64,000 nt of DNA from contig CP143273.1 of assembly GCA_051013385.1 (NCBI GenBank), forward strand, positions 736,001 through 800,000, written 5' to 3'. This stretch comes from Phormidium sp. (lineage in GTDB: Bacteria > Cyanobacteriota > Cyanobacteriia > Cyanobacteriales > Aerosakkonemataceae). A program made the translations under genes and the position numbers. The notes under the pieces were generated by a model that saw only the letters and a program-made list of their open reading frames with translations, did no database searches and was not told where the DNA came from. Below are positions 12,880 to 21,814 of this stretch, piece after piece (positions within the stretch are counted from its first letter, which is position 1; every line of letters starts with the position of its first letter).

Positions 12880-14142
12880 TTAATTATGGCGATCGACAAA
12901 CTGAATTACTCCCCATTGTCCGTTAGTTAGCCATTGGGTATCCCGTTGCGGAAGTTGCTCTAATTGTTCGGTTGATAAACCTGTCGCTAATTCGGATTTT
13001 AATGTGCGAAGTGCGACAAAAGGTGCGGGGAAGTAAGATGTTATACTTTGGTAAGGAGTGGTATATTCCCAGTGGCGATCGCCAATTGTCCGCCGATAAT
13101 TAGCATCACCTTTAACTATAATTAAATTAGAATTGCTTAATTCTTGATACAATGATTCTGGCATTTCCCAAAAAGCTAAGGGCGATGTCCAAAAGAAATT
13201 TTCTTGACAGAGTAACCGCCCAGCATCTAAATAATCTTGTAAGCGCAAACCTAATTCTTTAACATTTAAGTCGGTGGCTTGAGTGAGAAATGCGATCGTG
13301 TATAAAACATCTTTACTCATCGCATCGGAAACAAAAATCGGATGAGCTTTTAAATGTAAATGAACTACCGCAGCAGCATGACTCGCTAGCAGGTAATCTG
13401 CCAAACAAAGATCGCCAATTAACTCAAAACCTGCATTATCAACAATAAAATCAACTCTTAAATTCTGAAAGTTAACAACTTTTTGGGCAATAATTGGTGT
13501 ATCATCTACTAATATATAAGATTGTTCGCGGGTTGATTCTACGCGACTAATTCCCCCTTCCATAATGGGCCATAAACTTAAATCTACTCGATTTCCCCAC
13601 AAATCAGCAGATAAAAGTTGCCGGAAAGAATTTTTCTTAGTTTCGCTATCTGTGGGGGAAGCGATCGCACTTTTCACAAATCCACTTAAAGCCCCAATTG
13701 CATCGATCGTTGTTTCTAAACCCAAACGTTTTTGCTTCTCGTAAGGATCGACATTGTGAAAAGAACCTACTTGGAAATAAGTTGTTGCTTCTAAAATTCG
13801 TCGATAAAAATATGCCTCAGCAAAATACCAAGGAACATCTAACCAATTACTGCCTTTGTATGGTTCAATATAACCCCCCCAAGCTGCCAAATCAGGAGCA
13901 TCAGCATCTTGTAAATCCCGAATCTCACCATTAGGTATTTCTCCAATTAAAGCTGCTAAATTTTGCTCAATTGATGAAGGAAAATCATTTTCAGCAATTA
14001 CTCGTTGGGCAATTTCTGGTAGCCGTACAGTAACCGTAAAATAAGCAAAAGATCCAATTTCTGCACCCTTAATCGCAGGTGGAATAGGAAGAGAAGGTCT
14101 TAATTTCTGAATCTCATTCGATGCCATTGCAACCACACTCAT
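12880..14142 (-). CDS. Damage-control phosphatase, ARMT1/DUF89 family
   Basis: Motifs LWGNRVDLS, VDNAGFEL, FVSD, KGDANYRR, RTLKSE. Confidence 0.85.
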   Translation of the reverse strand: MSVVAMASNEIQKLRPSLPIPPAIKGAEIGSFAYFTVTVRLPEIAQRVIAENDFPSSIEQNLAALIGEIPNGEIRDLQDADAPDLAAWGGYIEPYKGSNWLDVPWYFAEAYFYRRILEATTYFQVGSFHNVDPYEKQKRLGLETTIDAIGALSGFVKSAIASPTDSETKKNSFRQLLSADLWGNRVDLSLWPIMEGGISRVESTREQSYILVDDTPIIAQKVVNFQNLRVDFIVDNAGFELIGDLCLADYLLASHAAAVVHLHLKAHPIFVSDAMSKDVLYTIAFLTQATDLNVKELGLRLQDYLDAGRLLCQENFFWTSPLAFWEMPESLYQELSNSNLIIVKGDANYRRTIGDRHWEYTTPYQSITSYFPAPFVALRTLKSELATGLSTEQLEQLPQRDTQWLTNGQWGVIQFVDRHN

Positions 14143-14154
14143 CCGAATTTAGAT

Positions 14155-14243
14155 TAGACATCTCCAGAAATTAAAGGTGCGTTACCACCGAACCCTTGTA
14201 GAGACGTTGTATACAACGTCTCTACTTTCAAAGGAGATGTCTA
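14155..14243. mobile_element. MITE-like element with TA-ended terminal inverted repeats and an internal REP palindrome
   Basis: TAGACATCTCC ... GGAGATGTCTA; internal GTAGAGACGTTGTATACAACGTCTCTAC (14198-14225). Confidence 0.7.
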
Positions 14244-14308
14244 TTGTAGATTTTAGATCTTAGATTGATTCCCCAGATAAATCTACTTGCTCAAGCTTAG
14301 GTCATCAG

Positions 14309-14317
14309 TGGTAGAAT
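14309..14317 (+). promoter_or_regulatory. Putative extended -10 promoter of rpsF
   Basis: TGgTAGAAT about 65 nt upstream of the ATG. Confidence 0.45.
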
Positions 14318-14380
14318 GAAAGATCCTTGCTGCTGGAGGCTGTTGCCAAAAGCGGCCTTGTTGTCCAAAAGGGGAGAACT

Positions 14381-14722
14381 ATGAATAGCTACGAAACAAT
14401 GTATATTTTGCGTCCTGATTTATTAGATGAGCAAGTAAATCAGGCAGTAGAAAAGTATCAGAGTATGCTGCGAGATCAAGGTGCTCAAGATCTCACCGTT
14501 CAACTGCGTGGTAAACACCGTTTAGCCTACGAAATTAACAGACAACGCGATGGTATCTATGTGCAAATGAATTACCAAGCTAAAGGTAATGTCGTTGCTC
14601 CCCTAGAAAGAGCGATGCGCTTGAGTGAAGAAGTGATTCGTTACTTGACAATTAAGCTGGAAGAGGTTTCGGTTAAAGCTGATGCCGATGCGGAAGAAGA
14701 ACCCGCAGAAGCTACTGCTTAA
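14381..14722 (+). CDS. rpsF: 30S ribosomal protein S6
   Basis: [30 protein letters not shown] at 14381 after GGGGAG. Confidence 0.97.
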   Translation: MNSYETMYILRPDLLDEQVNQAVEKYQSMLRDQGAQDLTVQLRGKHRLAYEINRQRDGIYVQMNYQAKGNVVAPLERAMRLSEEVIRYLTIKLEEVSVKADADAEEEPAEATA

Positions 14723-14730
14723 ATTTTAAT

Positions 14731-14832
14731 CTGTAGAGACGTTTCATGAAACGTCTCTACAGGTATGTTGTTGCGCTGTCTTCGCTGTTATTTCCGCAGG
14801 GGTAAGAGCGAAGACAGCGCAACAACGTACCT
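14731..14832. repeat. Two abutting palindromes after rpsF (REP-like plus 25-bp-stem hairpin); possible terminator
   Basis: CTGTAGAGACGTTTCATGAAACGTCTCTACAG then AGGTATGTTGTTGCGCTGTCTTCGC...GCGAAGACAGCGCAACAACGTACCT. Confidence 0.75.
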
Positions 14833-14946
14833 GCAATTCAAGAATTTTAACTACACTCTGCCCTTCCTCTAATAAGCATGATAAAATGTCGCTTGCACGT
14901 ACTATAACGGCAAGTTGGCGAAATCTTCGAGGAGTTGTGAGCCATT

Positions 14947-15498
14947 GTGAGCCAAATCGACACCCCCTTTCAATCCCTGCAATCAGAAGTTTCTCATCTT
15001 CGTGAGGAATTGCAGCTGCGAGATCAACTAGTTCAACAGTTGTCTCAAGAACTATTCCGGTTAGTCAAGGGAAATACGACTTTCCTACCCGCACCGGAAT
15101 TGTCGCAACAGCATCAAGCTCAGATGCAGGCTATGCAAGAGCAACTGCAAGGGGTAGAACAACAAGTTAAGTTCTACCAAGAGCAGATTTCCGATCGCGA
15201 TGCCGAAATCTATCACCTGCGTCAGTCTGTTCAAGAATTAACCGATCGCAGTCGAATGCTTGAACAGGTAGTACAGGAATTACCGCAAATTTATCGTCAG
15301 AAATTTACCGAACGCCTTGCGCCAATTAAAGAAAAAGTCGCAATGCTACAACGGGAAAATCGTCAACTTCATGCAGAATTGCAAAGTCTAACTTATCGTT
15401 TGGCAATTAAAAGTCGTAGCTCAAATGCCAGACTTGATTTACCAAGCTTCCCCAAAGTGGGAGGTAGTAGAGTTAGTCTTCCTTTTAGTAATGCTTGA
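14947..15498 (+). CDS. Conserved cyanobacterial coiled-coil protein (Npun_F5560-like)
   Basis: 183 aa heptad-rich, LRDQLVQQLSQELFRLVKGN; located after rpsF. Confidence 0.7.
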   Translation: MSQIDTPFQSLQSEVSHLREELQLRDQLVQQLSQELFRLVKGNTTFLPAPELSQQHQAQMQAMQEQLQGVEQQVKFYQEQISDRDAEIYHLRQSVQELTDRSRMLEQVVQELPQIYRQKFTERLAPIKEKVAMLQRENRQLHAELQSLTYRLAIKSRSSNARLDLPSFPKVGGSRVSLPFSNA

Positions 15499-15748
15499 AG
15501 TTTGGATCGTAGTTGATGGGGAGATGAATGCTACTGGCGAATTAATTGCTGCATCTCCCGCAACTGCAACAATGGTAGAGGCTTTGCGAAAAGCAATTGC
15601 ACAAACCCCCGATTTATTTACCTGCCATTGGTGTTGCTTAACCAATCAACCAATTATTGATTTAACTATCTTAAATGTCGCAAGAGGACTCCCGTGGAGA
15701 GCGCAGCTTAACGGTGAGATGAATTGCGACCAGCGTTCCTCAGACTGA
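15491..15748 (+). CDS. Small hypothetical ORF whose 3' end is replaced by the IS605 left end
   Basis: ATG overlaps the end of the upstream gene; the frame runs into the IS at 15670; removing the IS gives ..DLTIAPS* (63 aa). Confidence 0.35.
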   Translation: MLEVWIVVDGEMNATGELIAASPATATMVEALRKAIAQTPDLFTCHWCCLTNQPIIDLTILNVARGLPWRAQLNGEMNCDQRSSD

Positions 15749-15762
15749 GCGCAAGCGTTTCC

Positions 15763-16281
15763 TTATAATTCAGATTGATTCTCAACATAACGCTTTAAGT
15801 GTTCAACGGTAACGCCGCCACAGCTGGCAACAAAATAAGGCTATTGGTAATCGAGCGGGACATTTTGGTGGGGAAAGGGAACAGGGAACAGGGAACAGGG
15901 AACAGGGAACAAACTTGTCCCGGCTTAGGTTGGTAGCCCAAAATAAGCACCAGTCCAGAAGTGAGGCTTACCGTAAAAATATTCTTTAGAAAGTTCGGGG
16001 AACTCTTTGCGAATTAGCCGACTACTAACCGTCTTCAGATTGCCAATTAAAGTTGATAAAGGCTTGTCCGGTTTGTAATCAATTAACAAATGAATATGCT
16101 CTGCCTCTCCATTAAATTCTACCAATTGAGCATCCCACTTATTCAGGGTTTCAATGAATATCTCCTTGAGCCTAGATCGGATTACTTTATCAATAGCCTT
16201 CTTCCGGTATTTTACTACCAGAATGATATGAGCATTAAGCCTGTAAACAGACCTAAATCCGTGATGGTACATGATTGACAT
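15763..16281 (-). pseudogene. tnpA: Y1 (HUH) transposase TnpA, interrupted by a MITE
   Basis: HIILVVKYR, EHIHLL (HUH); FWTGAYF | insertion | VASCGGVTVEHLKRYVENQSEL*. Confidence 0.9.
15839..15938. mobile_element. 100-bp MITE with 8-bp target duplication (ISL3-like ends)
   Basis: Flanked by CAAAATAA (15831-15838 and 15939-15946); imperfect TIR GGCTA..CGGGACA / TGTCCCG..TAGCC; internal GGGAACA heptamers. Confidence 0.85.
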
Positions 16282-16304
16282 ACAATTGCGTTAAACACTA
16301 TAAT
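16275..16304 (+). promoter_or_regulatory. Consensus sigma70 promoter upstream of tnpB
   Basis: TTGACA-N18-TATAAT, 25 nt before the tnpB ATG. Confidence 0.7.
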
Positions 16305-16329
16305 ATTACCATTGAGCTTCATCAAGTAA

Positions 16330-17544
16330 ATGCTAACTGCGTTGAAGGTAAGAATATATCCGAATAAAGAACAGCAAATAGCCTTGGCGAAAAACTTTGG
16401 CTGTTGCCGCTTTGTTCGTAACTATTACCTCAACAAATCCAATGCTCAATACCAAGAAACAGGGAAGGGGATGAGTTATTGCGATATGGCAAAAGACTTA
16501 ACCCAACTCAAAAAACAACCTGAGCATTCTTGGTTAAAGGAAGCAACAGCTACTACGTTGCAGCAATCGTTAATGGATCTGGGAACTGCATTCACCAACT
16601 TCTTTGAAGTCAGGGCGAAATTCCCTAATTTCAAAAGCAAGCATGATCAGCAATCCCTGAGATATCCTGAAAGCTGCTCGATTCGGAAGAAAGATATCAA
16701 ACTTCCCAAAATAGGCGCTGTCAAAGCAACAATTTCTAGAAAGATTGATGGCAAGATTAAGTCTGTGACTGTCAGCAAGACAAGTACAGATAAATATTAC
16801 GCATCAATCTTATTTGAGGTTGCTGACGACCCAAAAGAAAAAGACGGGAAGATATCTGGAATCGATTTGGGATTAAATAGTTTGGTGACAGTGTTTGATG
16901 GAGAAACAACCTATAAAGTTGACCCAGTTAAAACTACCAAGAAATATGCTAAACGCCTAAGACGTAGACAGCAAGCTTTATCTCGTAAAAATATTGGTTC
17001 CAGCAATCGTAGAAAACAAATTAAAAGGGTAGCCAGAGTCCATGAAAAGATAGCAAATACAAGACTTGACTTCCTCCATAAACTCTCTCGTAAATTAGTT
17101 GACGAAAACCAAGTCATTGTAGTGGAAGACCTTTGTGTTAAAGGGATGGCGCGTACCAAGATGGCAAAATCGGTCTTAGATGCTGGTTTTGGAATGTTGG
17201 TAAACTTCCTAGACTACAAGTTGAAAAGAGATGGAGAGAAGCTTGTAGAAGTTGACAGATTCTTTCCCAGTACAAAGCTTTGTAATTGCTGCAAATACAA
17301 GAATAATTCACTCACTTTAAAAGACAGAGAATGGACTTGTCCGAAGTGTGGAACTCATCACGATAGAGATGAAAATGCAGCGAGAAATATCAGGGAAGAA
17401 GGGGTGCGAATACTGTCAACAAATACGGTAGGACATACCGAATTTCAAGCTTGTGGAGAGGGTGTAAGACTCACTGGCAAAAGTAGAAATACTAATGCTA
17501 GAAAGCGACGCTCGATGAAACAAGAATCTCCCGCCACAGCGTAG
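16330..17544 (+). CDS. tnpB: RNA-guided endonuclease TnpB
   Basis: N-terminal KVRIYPNKEQ HTH; RuvC motifs GIDLG, VVEDL, DRDENAARNI; zinc finger CNCC..CPKC. Confidence 0.95.
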   Translation: MLTALKVRIYPNKEQQIALAKNFGCCRFVRNYYLNKSNAQYQETGKGMSYCDMAKDLTQLKKQPEHSWLKEATATTLQQSLMDLGTAFTNFFEVRAKFPNFKSKHDQQSLRYPESCSIRKKDIKLPKIGAVKATISRKIDGKIKSVTVSKTSTDKYYASILFEVADDPKEKDGKISGIDLGLNSLVTVFDGETTYKVDPVKTTKKYAKRLRRRQQALSRKNIGSSNRRKQIKRVARVHEKIANTRLDFLHKLSRKLVDENQVIVVEDLCVKGMARTKMAKSVLDAGFGMLVNFLDYKLKRDGEKLVEVDRFFPSTKLCNCCKYKNNSLTLKDREWTCPKCGTHHDRDENAARNIREEGVRILSTNTVGHTEFQACGEGVRLTGKSRNTNARKRRSMKQESPATA

Positions 17545-17586
17545 CGCAGTGCGGTGAGAGTGTCAAAGCGCCAAGTTAATTCGATT
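17380..17586 (+). ncRNA. Probable omega/reRNA of TnpB (5' boundary approximate)
   Basis: Family architecture: scaffold overlaps the tnpB 3' end and right end; guide would be the flank AGCGCCAAGTTAATTCGATT after TCAA. Confidence 0.55.
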
Positions 17587-17724
17587 TTTATGGCAGGCAA
17601 GATGCCCGCCCTACAATCCAATAAAATCGAAAATCTAAAATCCAAAATCCAAAATCGATTGACACTATTGTAGAAACTAAGCCAAGATCAGGATGAGTGT
17701 TAACCTTTGTTAAGGCTGTAGCAG

Positions 17725-18345
17725 ATGTCATTAGAAATGGTTTCCCTGGAGAATATCCAGGAACTTGCGAGTCAATACGGCTACTGGGCAGTATTTATCG
17801 GAATTTTATTAGAAAATCTTGGAATTCCCTTGCCAGGTGAAACTATTACCCTGGCGGGAGGGTTTTTAGCTGGTAGCGGGGAACTGAATTACTGGTTTGT
17901 TTTAGGTAGTGCGATCGCAGGCGCAGTTTTGGGCGGTAACTTTGGTTATTTAATTGGTAGATACGGCGGTTGGGCTTTACTTTTGACTATAGGAAAAATT
18001 CTCCGCATTAAGGAAGAAAAACTGGTAGAACTCAAGCAGCAATTTAGCGAAAACGCCGGGAAAACCGTTTTTATTGGTAGATTCATTGCTTTATTGCGGA
18101 TTTTCGCCAGCCCCTTAGCTGGTATAGTCGAAATGCCGTATCTGAGATTTATGGCTTATAACATCGCTGGCGCAACAGCTTGGGGCGCAGTTATGGTCAG
18201 CCTATCCTTTTTCGCCGGAAAAGTTGTACCCCTGGAACAATTAGTAGCTTGGGCAGCCCAATTTGCAGTCTTAGCATTATTAATAGTAGCGGCTTGGATT
18301 TTCGTTCCCTTCTTCTTGGAACTACGCCAAACCAAAGAATCATAA
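17725..18345 (+). CDS. DedA family membrane protein
   Basis: LENLGIPLPGET, GRYGG, GRFIALLR motifs. Confidence 0.9.
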   Translation: MSLEMVSLENIQELASQYGYWAVFIGILLENLGIPLPGETITLAGGFLAGSGELNYWFVLGSAIAGAVLGGNFGYLIGRYGGWALLLTIGKILRIKEEKLVELKQQFSENAGKTVFIGRFIALLRIFASPLAGIVEMPYLRFMAYNIAGATAWGAVMVSLSFFAGKVVPLEQLVAWAAQFAVLALLIVAAWIFVPFFLELRQTKES

Positions 18346-18497
18346 ATTGAATAGCATCAACAAACTTAGAGAGTGGAAAAATACTTGATCCTCTCTCTAT
18401 TTTTTTGCCTGTTTATTGTCATGATATTAATGCTGAAACTAAATTACTTGTAATAAAAATATTGAGCCTCCCTGAAATTTGACCTAGAATCCATGCA

Positions 18498-18616
18498 GAA
18501 GGACTAAAGTCCTCACAACCGTTCGTAGTAGCGACTTCAGTCGTAAACTCCGTTCGTAGTAGCGACTTTAGTCGTAAATTCGCCCCAGAGAAGGACTGAA
18601 GTCCTCACAACAAACC
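18498..18616. repeat. REP-like cluster
   Basis: CGTTCGTAGTAGCGACTT(C/T)AGTCG x2 and GAAGGACT(A/G)AAGTCCTCACAAC x2. Confidence 0.75.
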
Positions 18617-19303
18617 TAGATGTGCATAGATAAAAATCAATGATTATCCTTAAAAAAACCGATTTGTCTCTAGCTTATAAGCATGGCAGAATATGTTCAG
18701 GGTTGAGAAATACCTCTACTTTCAATAATTTCATAAAAATTAGTTCGGTAAAACCAGCAAGACTTATTACTTGCTAGGCATTATTTGTGGGATTGCTGCT
18801 TATGCACATCAGCGAATTGGCAATCCTAAATAATGCTATTTTTAGGTACTACTGAACTGCTAATAAGTAAAGTCGTCATCGTTTCTTAATAAGGAAACGA
18901 TGGATTTTTTGCTGTCCATAAAAAGTCTAAAACCCAGTTAAATAAGTAATTTATATAAACTGAATAAAGCAATTTTGTATCAGGAAAATTATGGGGTTTC
19001 AATCAAAAAAAATAATTTTAGATTTATTTAATACCGTGCTATAGTGAGTTCAACACAAATTCAACGATCTAAATAAAGGGGTTCACCGTAAACACAAATA
19101 ACGAATAAGTTAGCAAAAACGTCTAAATATTTTAGACGTAATAAAAGAAAAACTTTTTCGTAACTTATAAGCAACGGTATCTCCTTGAAAGAATCAAAAC
19201 GATTCTTTAGCCAACAGAGAACATAGCGTTTTCTGGAAGATTGTTACGAGTTTAAACAAGATTTTGCCAACCCAAAATTAAAGCTTTGCTGCTGGAGGAT
19301 GTT

Positions 19304-20716
19304 ATGGATCAGTTTTCTAGTCGGGTTTCTAGACGTAAATTTTTACTAACTGCTGGTGCTACTGCTGCTAGTTCCCTTTTACTTAAAGGTTGTTTAGGAA
19401 ACCCTCCAGAAAATCTGACTCAAGGGGGTAATACAGCGCCAGCAAATACCGCAGTAAATACAGCAACAAGTACAACAGGAAATACAGCTGTTCCTGTAGT
19501 TAATGTTAATCCTGGTGCAGCCCCTGAAACAACTCGCGTAAAGCTGGGATATTTACCAATTGTTGAAGCTGCGCCGCTAATTATTGCCAAAGAAAAAGGG
19601 TTTTTTGCCCGTCATGGCTTGAGTGATGTAGAAATATCTAAACAAGCCAACTGGGGTGCTGCTAGAGATAACGCAGAAATCGGATCTCAAGGCGGTGGAG
19701 TTGATGGCGGACAGTGGCAAATGCCCATGCCTTATCTAATTAGCGAAGGTAAGATTACCAAAGGCAATGTCAAAATTCCCATGTATATTTTGTGTCAATT
19801 AAATACACATGGAAATGGGATTGCGATCGCAGAACAACACAGAGGAAAAGGCATTGACCTCAAGCTTTCTCAGGGCAAATCTTTAATGGGCGGCTTGAAA
19901 TCTAGCGGAAAAACTTTCACCGCCGCTTACACCTTTCCCCACGTAAACCAAGATTTTTGGATTCGCTACTGGGCTGCTGCTGCGGGTATCGATCCCGATG
20001 CAGAAATGAAATTATTAACAGTACCCGCAGCCCAAACAGTAGCTAACATGAAAACTGGCACAATGGATGCCTTTAGTACAGGCGATCCTTGGCCTTACAG
20101 AATTGTCGCTGATAAGATTGGTTTCCTAGCTGCTTTAACAGCGGAAATATGGAAAGGCCACCCCGAAGAATACTTAGCAATGAGAAAAGATTGGGTGGAC
20201 AAACATCCTAATGCTACCAAGGCAATCTTAAAAGCAATTATGGAAGCCCAGCAATGGTGCGATGACTTTAATAACCGTCCAGAAATGGCGCGTATTCTGT
20301 CGGCACGGCAATATTTTAATGTTGCTGAACAAGTTCTTTTAGAACCATTCATGGGCAAATACACTCTTGGTGATGGTCGCACAATTGATGATAAATCAAT
20401 GGCTGCTTTGTATTGGAAAGATGAGAAAGGTAGCGTATCTTATCCATACAAGAGTCATGACCTTTGGTTCTTAACAGAAAGTGTTCGTTGGGGCTTTTTA
20501 CCAATGGAGACTTTAGATAATGCCAAAGCGATGATCGATAAAGTCAATCGTGAAGACCTTTGGAGAGAAGCAGCTAAGGAGTTGAATATTGCTGCTGCTG
20601 ATATTCCCACTAGCACTTCTCGCGGTGTGGAAACATTTTTCGATGGTATTACCTTTGACCCAGAAAATCCCAAGGCTTACCTGCAAAGTTTGAAGATTAA
20701 AAAGGTCAATATTTAG
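19304..20716 (+). CDS. cmpA: Bicarbonate ABC transporter (BCT1) substrate-binding lipoprotein
   Basis: Tat/lipoprotein signal [22 protein letters not shown] and GGQWQMPMP are CmpA-type rather than NrtA-type; GGAGG RBS before ATG 19304. Confidence 0.9.
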   Translation: MDQFSSRVSRRKFLLTAGATAASSLLLKGCLGNPPENLTQGGNTAPANTAVNTATSTTGNTAVPVVNVNPGAAPETTRVKLGYLPIVEAAPLIIAKEKGFFARHGLSDVEISKQANWGAARDNAEIGSQGGGVDGGQWQMPMPYLISEGKITKGNVKIPMYILCQLNTHGNGIAIAEQHRGKGIDLKLSQGKSLMGGLKSSGKTFTAAYTFPHVNQDFWIRYWAAAAGIDPDAEMKLLTVPAAQTVANMKTGTMDAFSTGDPWPYRIVADKIGFLAALTAEIWKGHPEEYLAMRKDWVDKHPNATKAILKAIMEAQQWCDDFNNRPEMARILSARQYFNVAEQVLLEPFMGKYTLGDGRTIDDKSMAALYWKDEKGSVSYPYKSHDLWFLTESVRWGFLPMETLDNAKAMIDKVNREDLWREAAKELNIAAADIPTSTSRGVETFFDGITFDPENPKAYLQSLKIKKVNI

Positions 20717-20739
20717 GTTTTTGGGAATGGGTAGAACTC

Positions 20740-20808
20740 AAGAAACCCGGTTTCTTGTTTTTATCTTCTAGATGAAAGAATGAAATTATGTTAAGAAACC
20801 GGGTTTCT
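20740..20808. repeat. REP-like AGAAACC(C/G)GGTTTCT palindrome pair
   Basis: aagaaacccggtttctt ... aagaaaccgggtttct. Confidence 0.7.
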
Positions 20809-20890
20809 GCTTGATTATCTGCCCATTAAAAGTTGTCCCACAAGTAAAACTGGAAAGTTTTTTCCACACAGTATAAGGAACCCTAGTACA

Positions 20891-21718
20891 ATGACGACAT
20901 TGCAAAGCAGAACCGCTAAAACAGCACAGAATCCCTGGATGGCTAAAATTGGAAAGATGTTGCCGGATATTATTCCTCCAGCGATCGCGCTCGCCATCCT
21001 GTTAGTAATTTGGCAACTCTTTTCTTTCCTTCCAGGCGTGACTCTCCCAGGCCCAATTAAAGTAGTACAAGATACTTGGATTTTAATTGGTTGGCCGTTC
21101 TACAGAAAAAGCGAAACAGACGTTGGGTTATTTTGGCAAATTTTAGCCAGCTTACAACGGGTAGCAATTGGTTACTTTTTCGCCGCAGTTGTGGGAATTG
21201 CTTTAGGCATTCTGGTTGGTACTAATCAAATGATGTCTAAAGCCTTAGACCCAATTTTCCAACTACTGCGAACAGTTCCACCTTTGGCTTGGGTGCCTAT
21301 TGCTTTGGCAGCATTACAAAAGAACGAACCCGCCGCATTGTTCGTAATTTTCATCACAGCGATTTGGCCGATTCTAATTAACACCGCAGTTGGTGTACGC
21401 CAAATTCCCCAAGACTATAACAACGTTGCCAAAGTGTTGCAACTGAACAAGAAAAAGTACTTCTTCAAGATTTTGATTCCCTCAGCTTTGCCTTACATCT
21501 TCACTGGATTGAGAATTGCGATCGGTCTAGCGTGGTTAGCAATTATCGCGGCTGAAATCGTCATGTCTGGTGTTGCTGGTATCGGCTTCTTCATCTGGGA
21601 TTCTTATCAAGCAAACAAAATCAGCGAAGTAATTTTGGCACTGGTTTACATCGGGGTTGTAGGCTTGCTACTTGACAAGTTAATGGCTTGGGTACAAACC
21701 AAGATTCTTCCTGAATAA
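20891..21718 (+). CDS. cmpB: BCT1 permease
   Basis: NrtB/CmpB motifs SLQRVAIGY, PPLAWVP, AWLAIIAAE; operon context. Confidence 0.88.
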   Translation: MTTLQSRTAKTAQNPWMAKIGKMLPDIIPPAIALAILLVIWQLFSFLPGVTLPGPIKVVQDTWILIGWPFYRKSETDVGLFWQILASLQRVAIGYFFAAVVGIALGILVGTNQMMSKALDPIFQLLRTVPPLAWVPIALAALQKNEPAALFVIFITAIWPILINTAVGVRQIPQDYNNVAKVLQLNKKKYFFKILIPSALPYIFTGLRIAIGLAWLAIIAAEIVMSGVAGIGFFIWDSYQANKISEVILALVYIGVVGLLLDKLMAWVQTKILPE

Positions 21719-21814
21719 AACTTGGTGTAATGGTGCGTTACGCTATCGCGAACGCACCCTACAAATCGCAAAGTACTTAGTACCAACTAGCAAAAAATTA
21801 CCCACCTAACCACT

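Larger units (their letters stand above)
15670..17566 (+). mobile_element. IS200/IS605-family element (divergent tnpA/tnpB)
   Basis: Left-end hairpin CTCCCG..CGGTGAG preceded by AGGA at +16..+19 after CTAT; right end GAAT-CTCCCG..CGGTGAG..TCAA ending at 17566. Confidence 0.88.
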
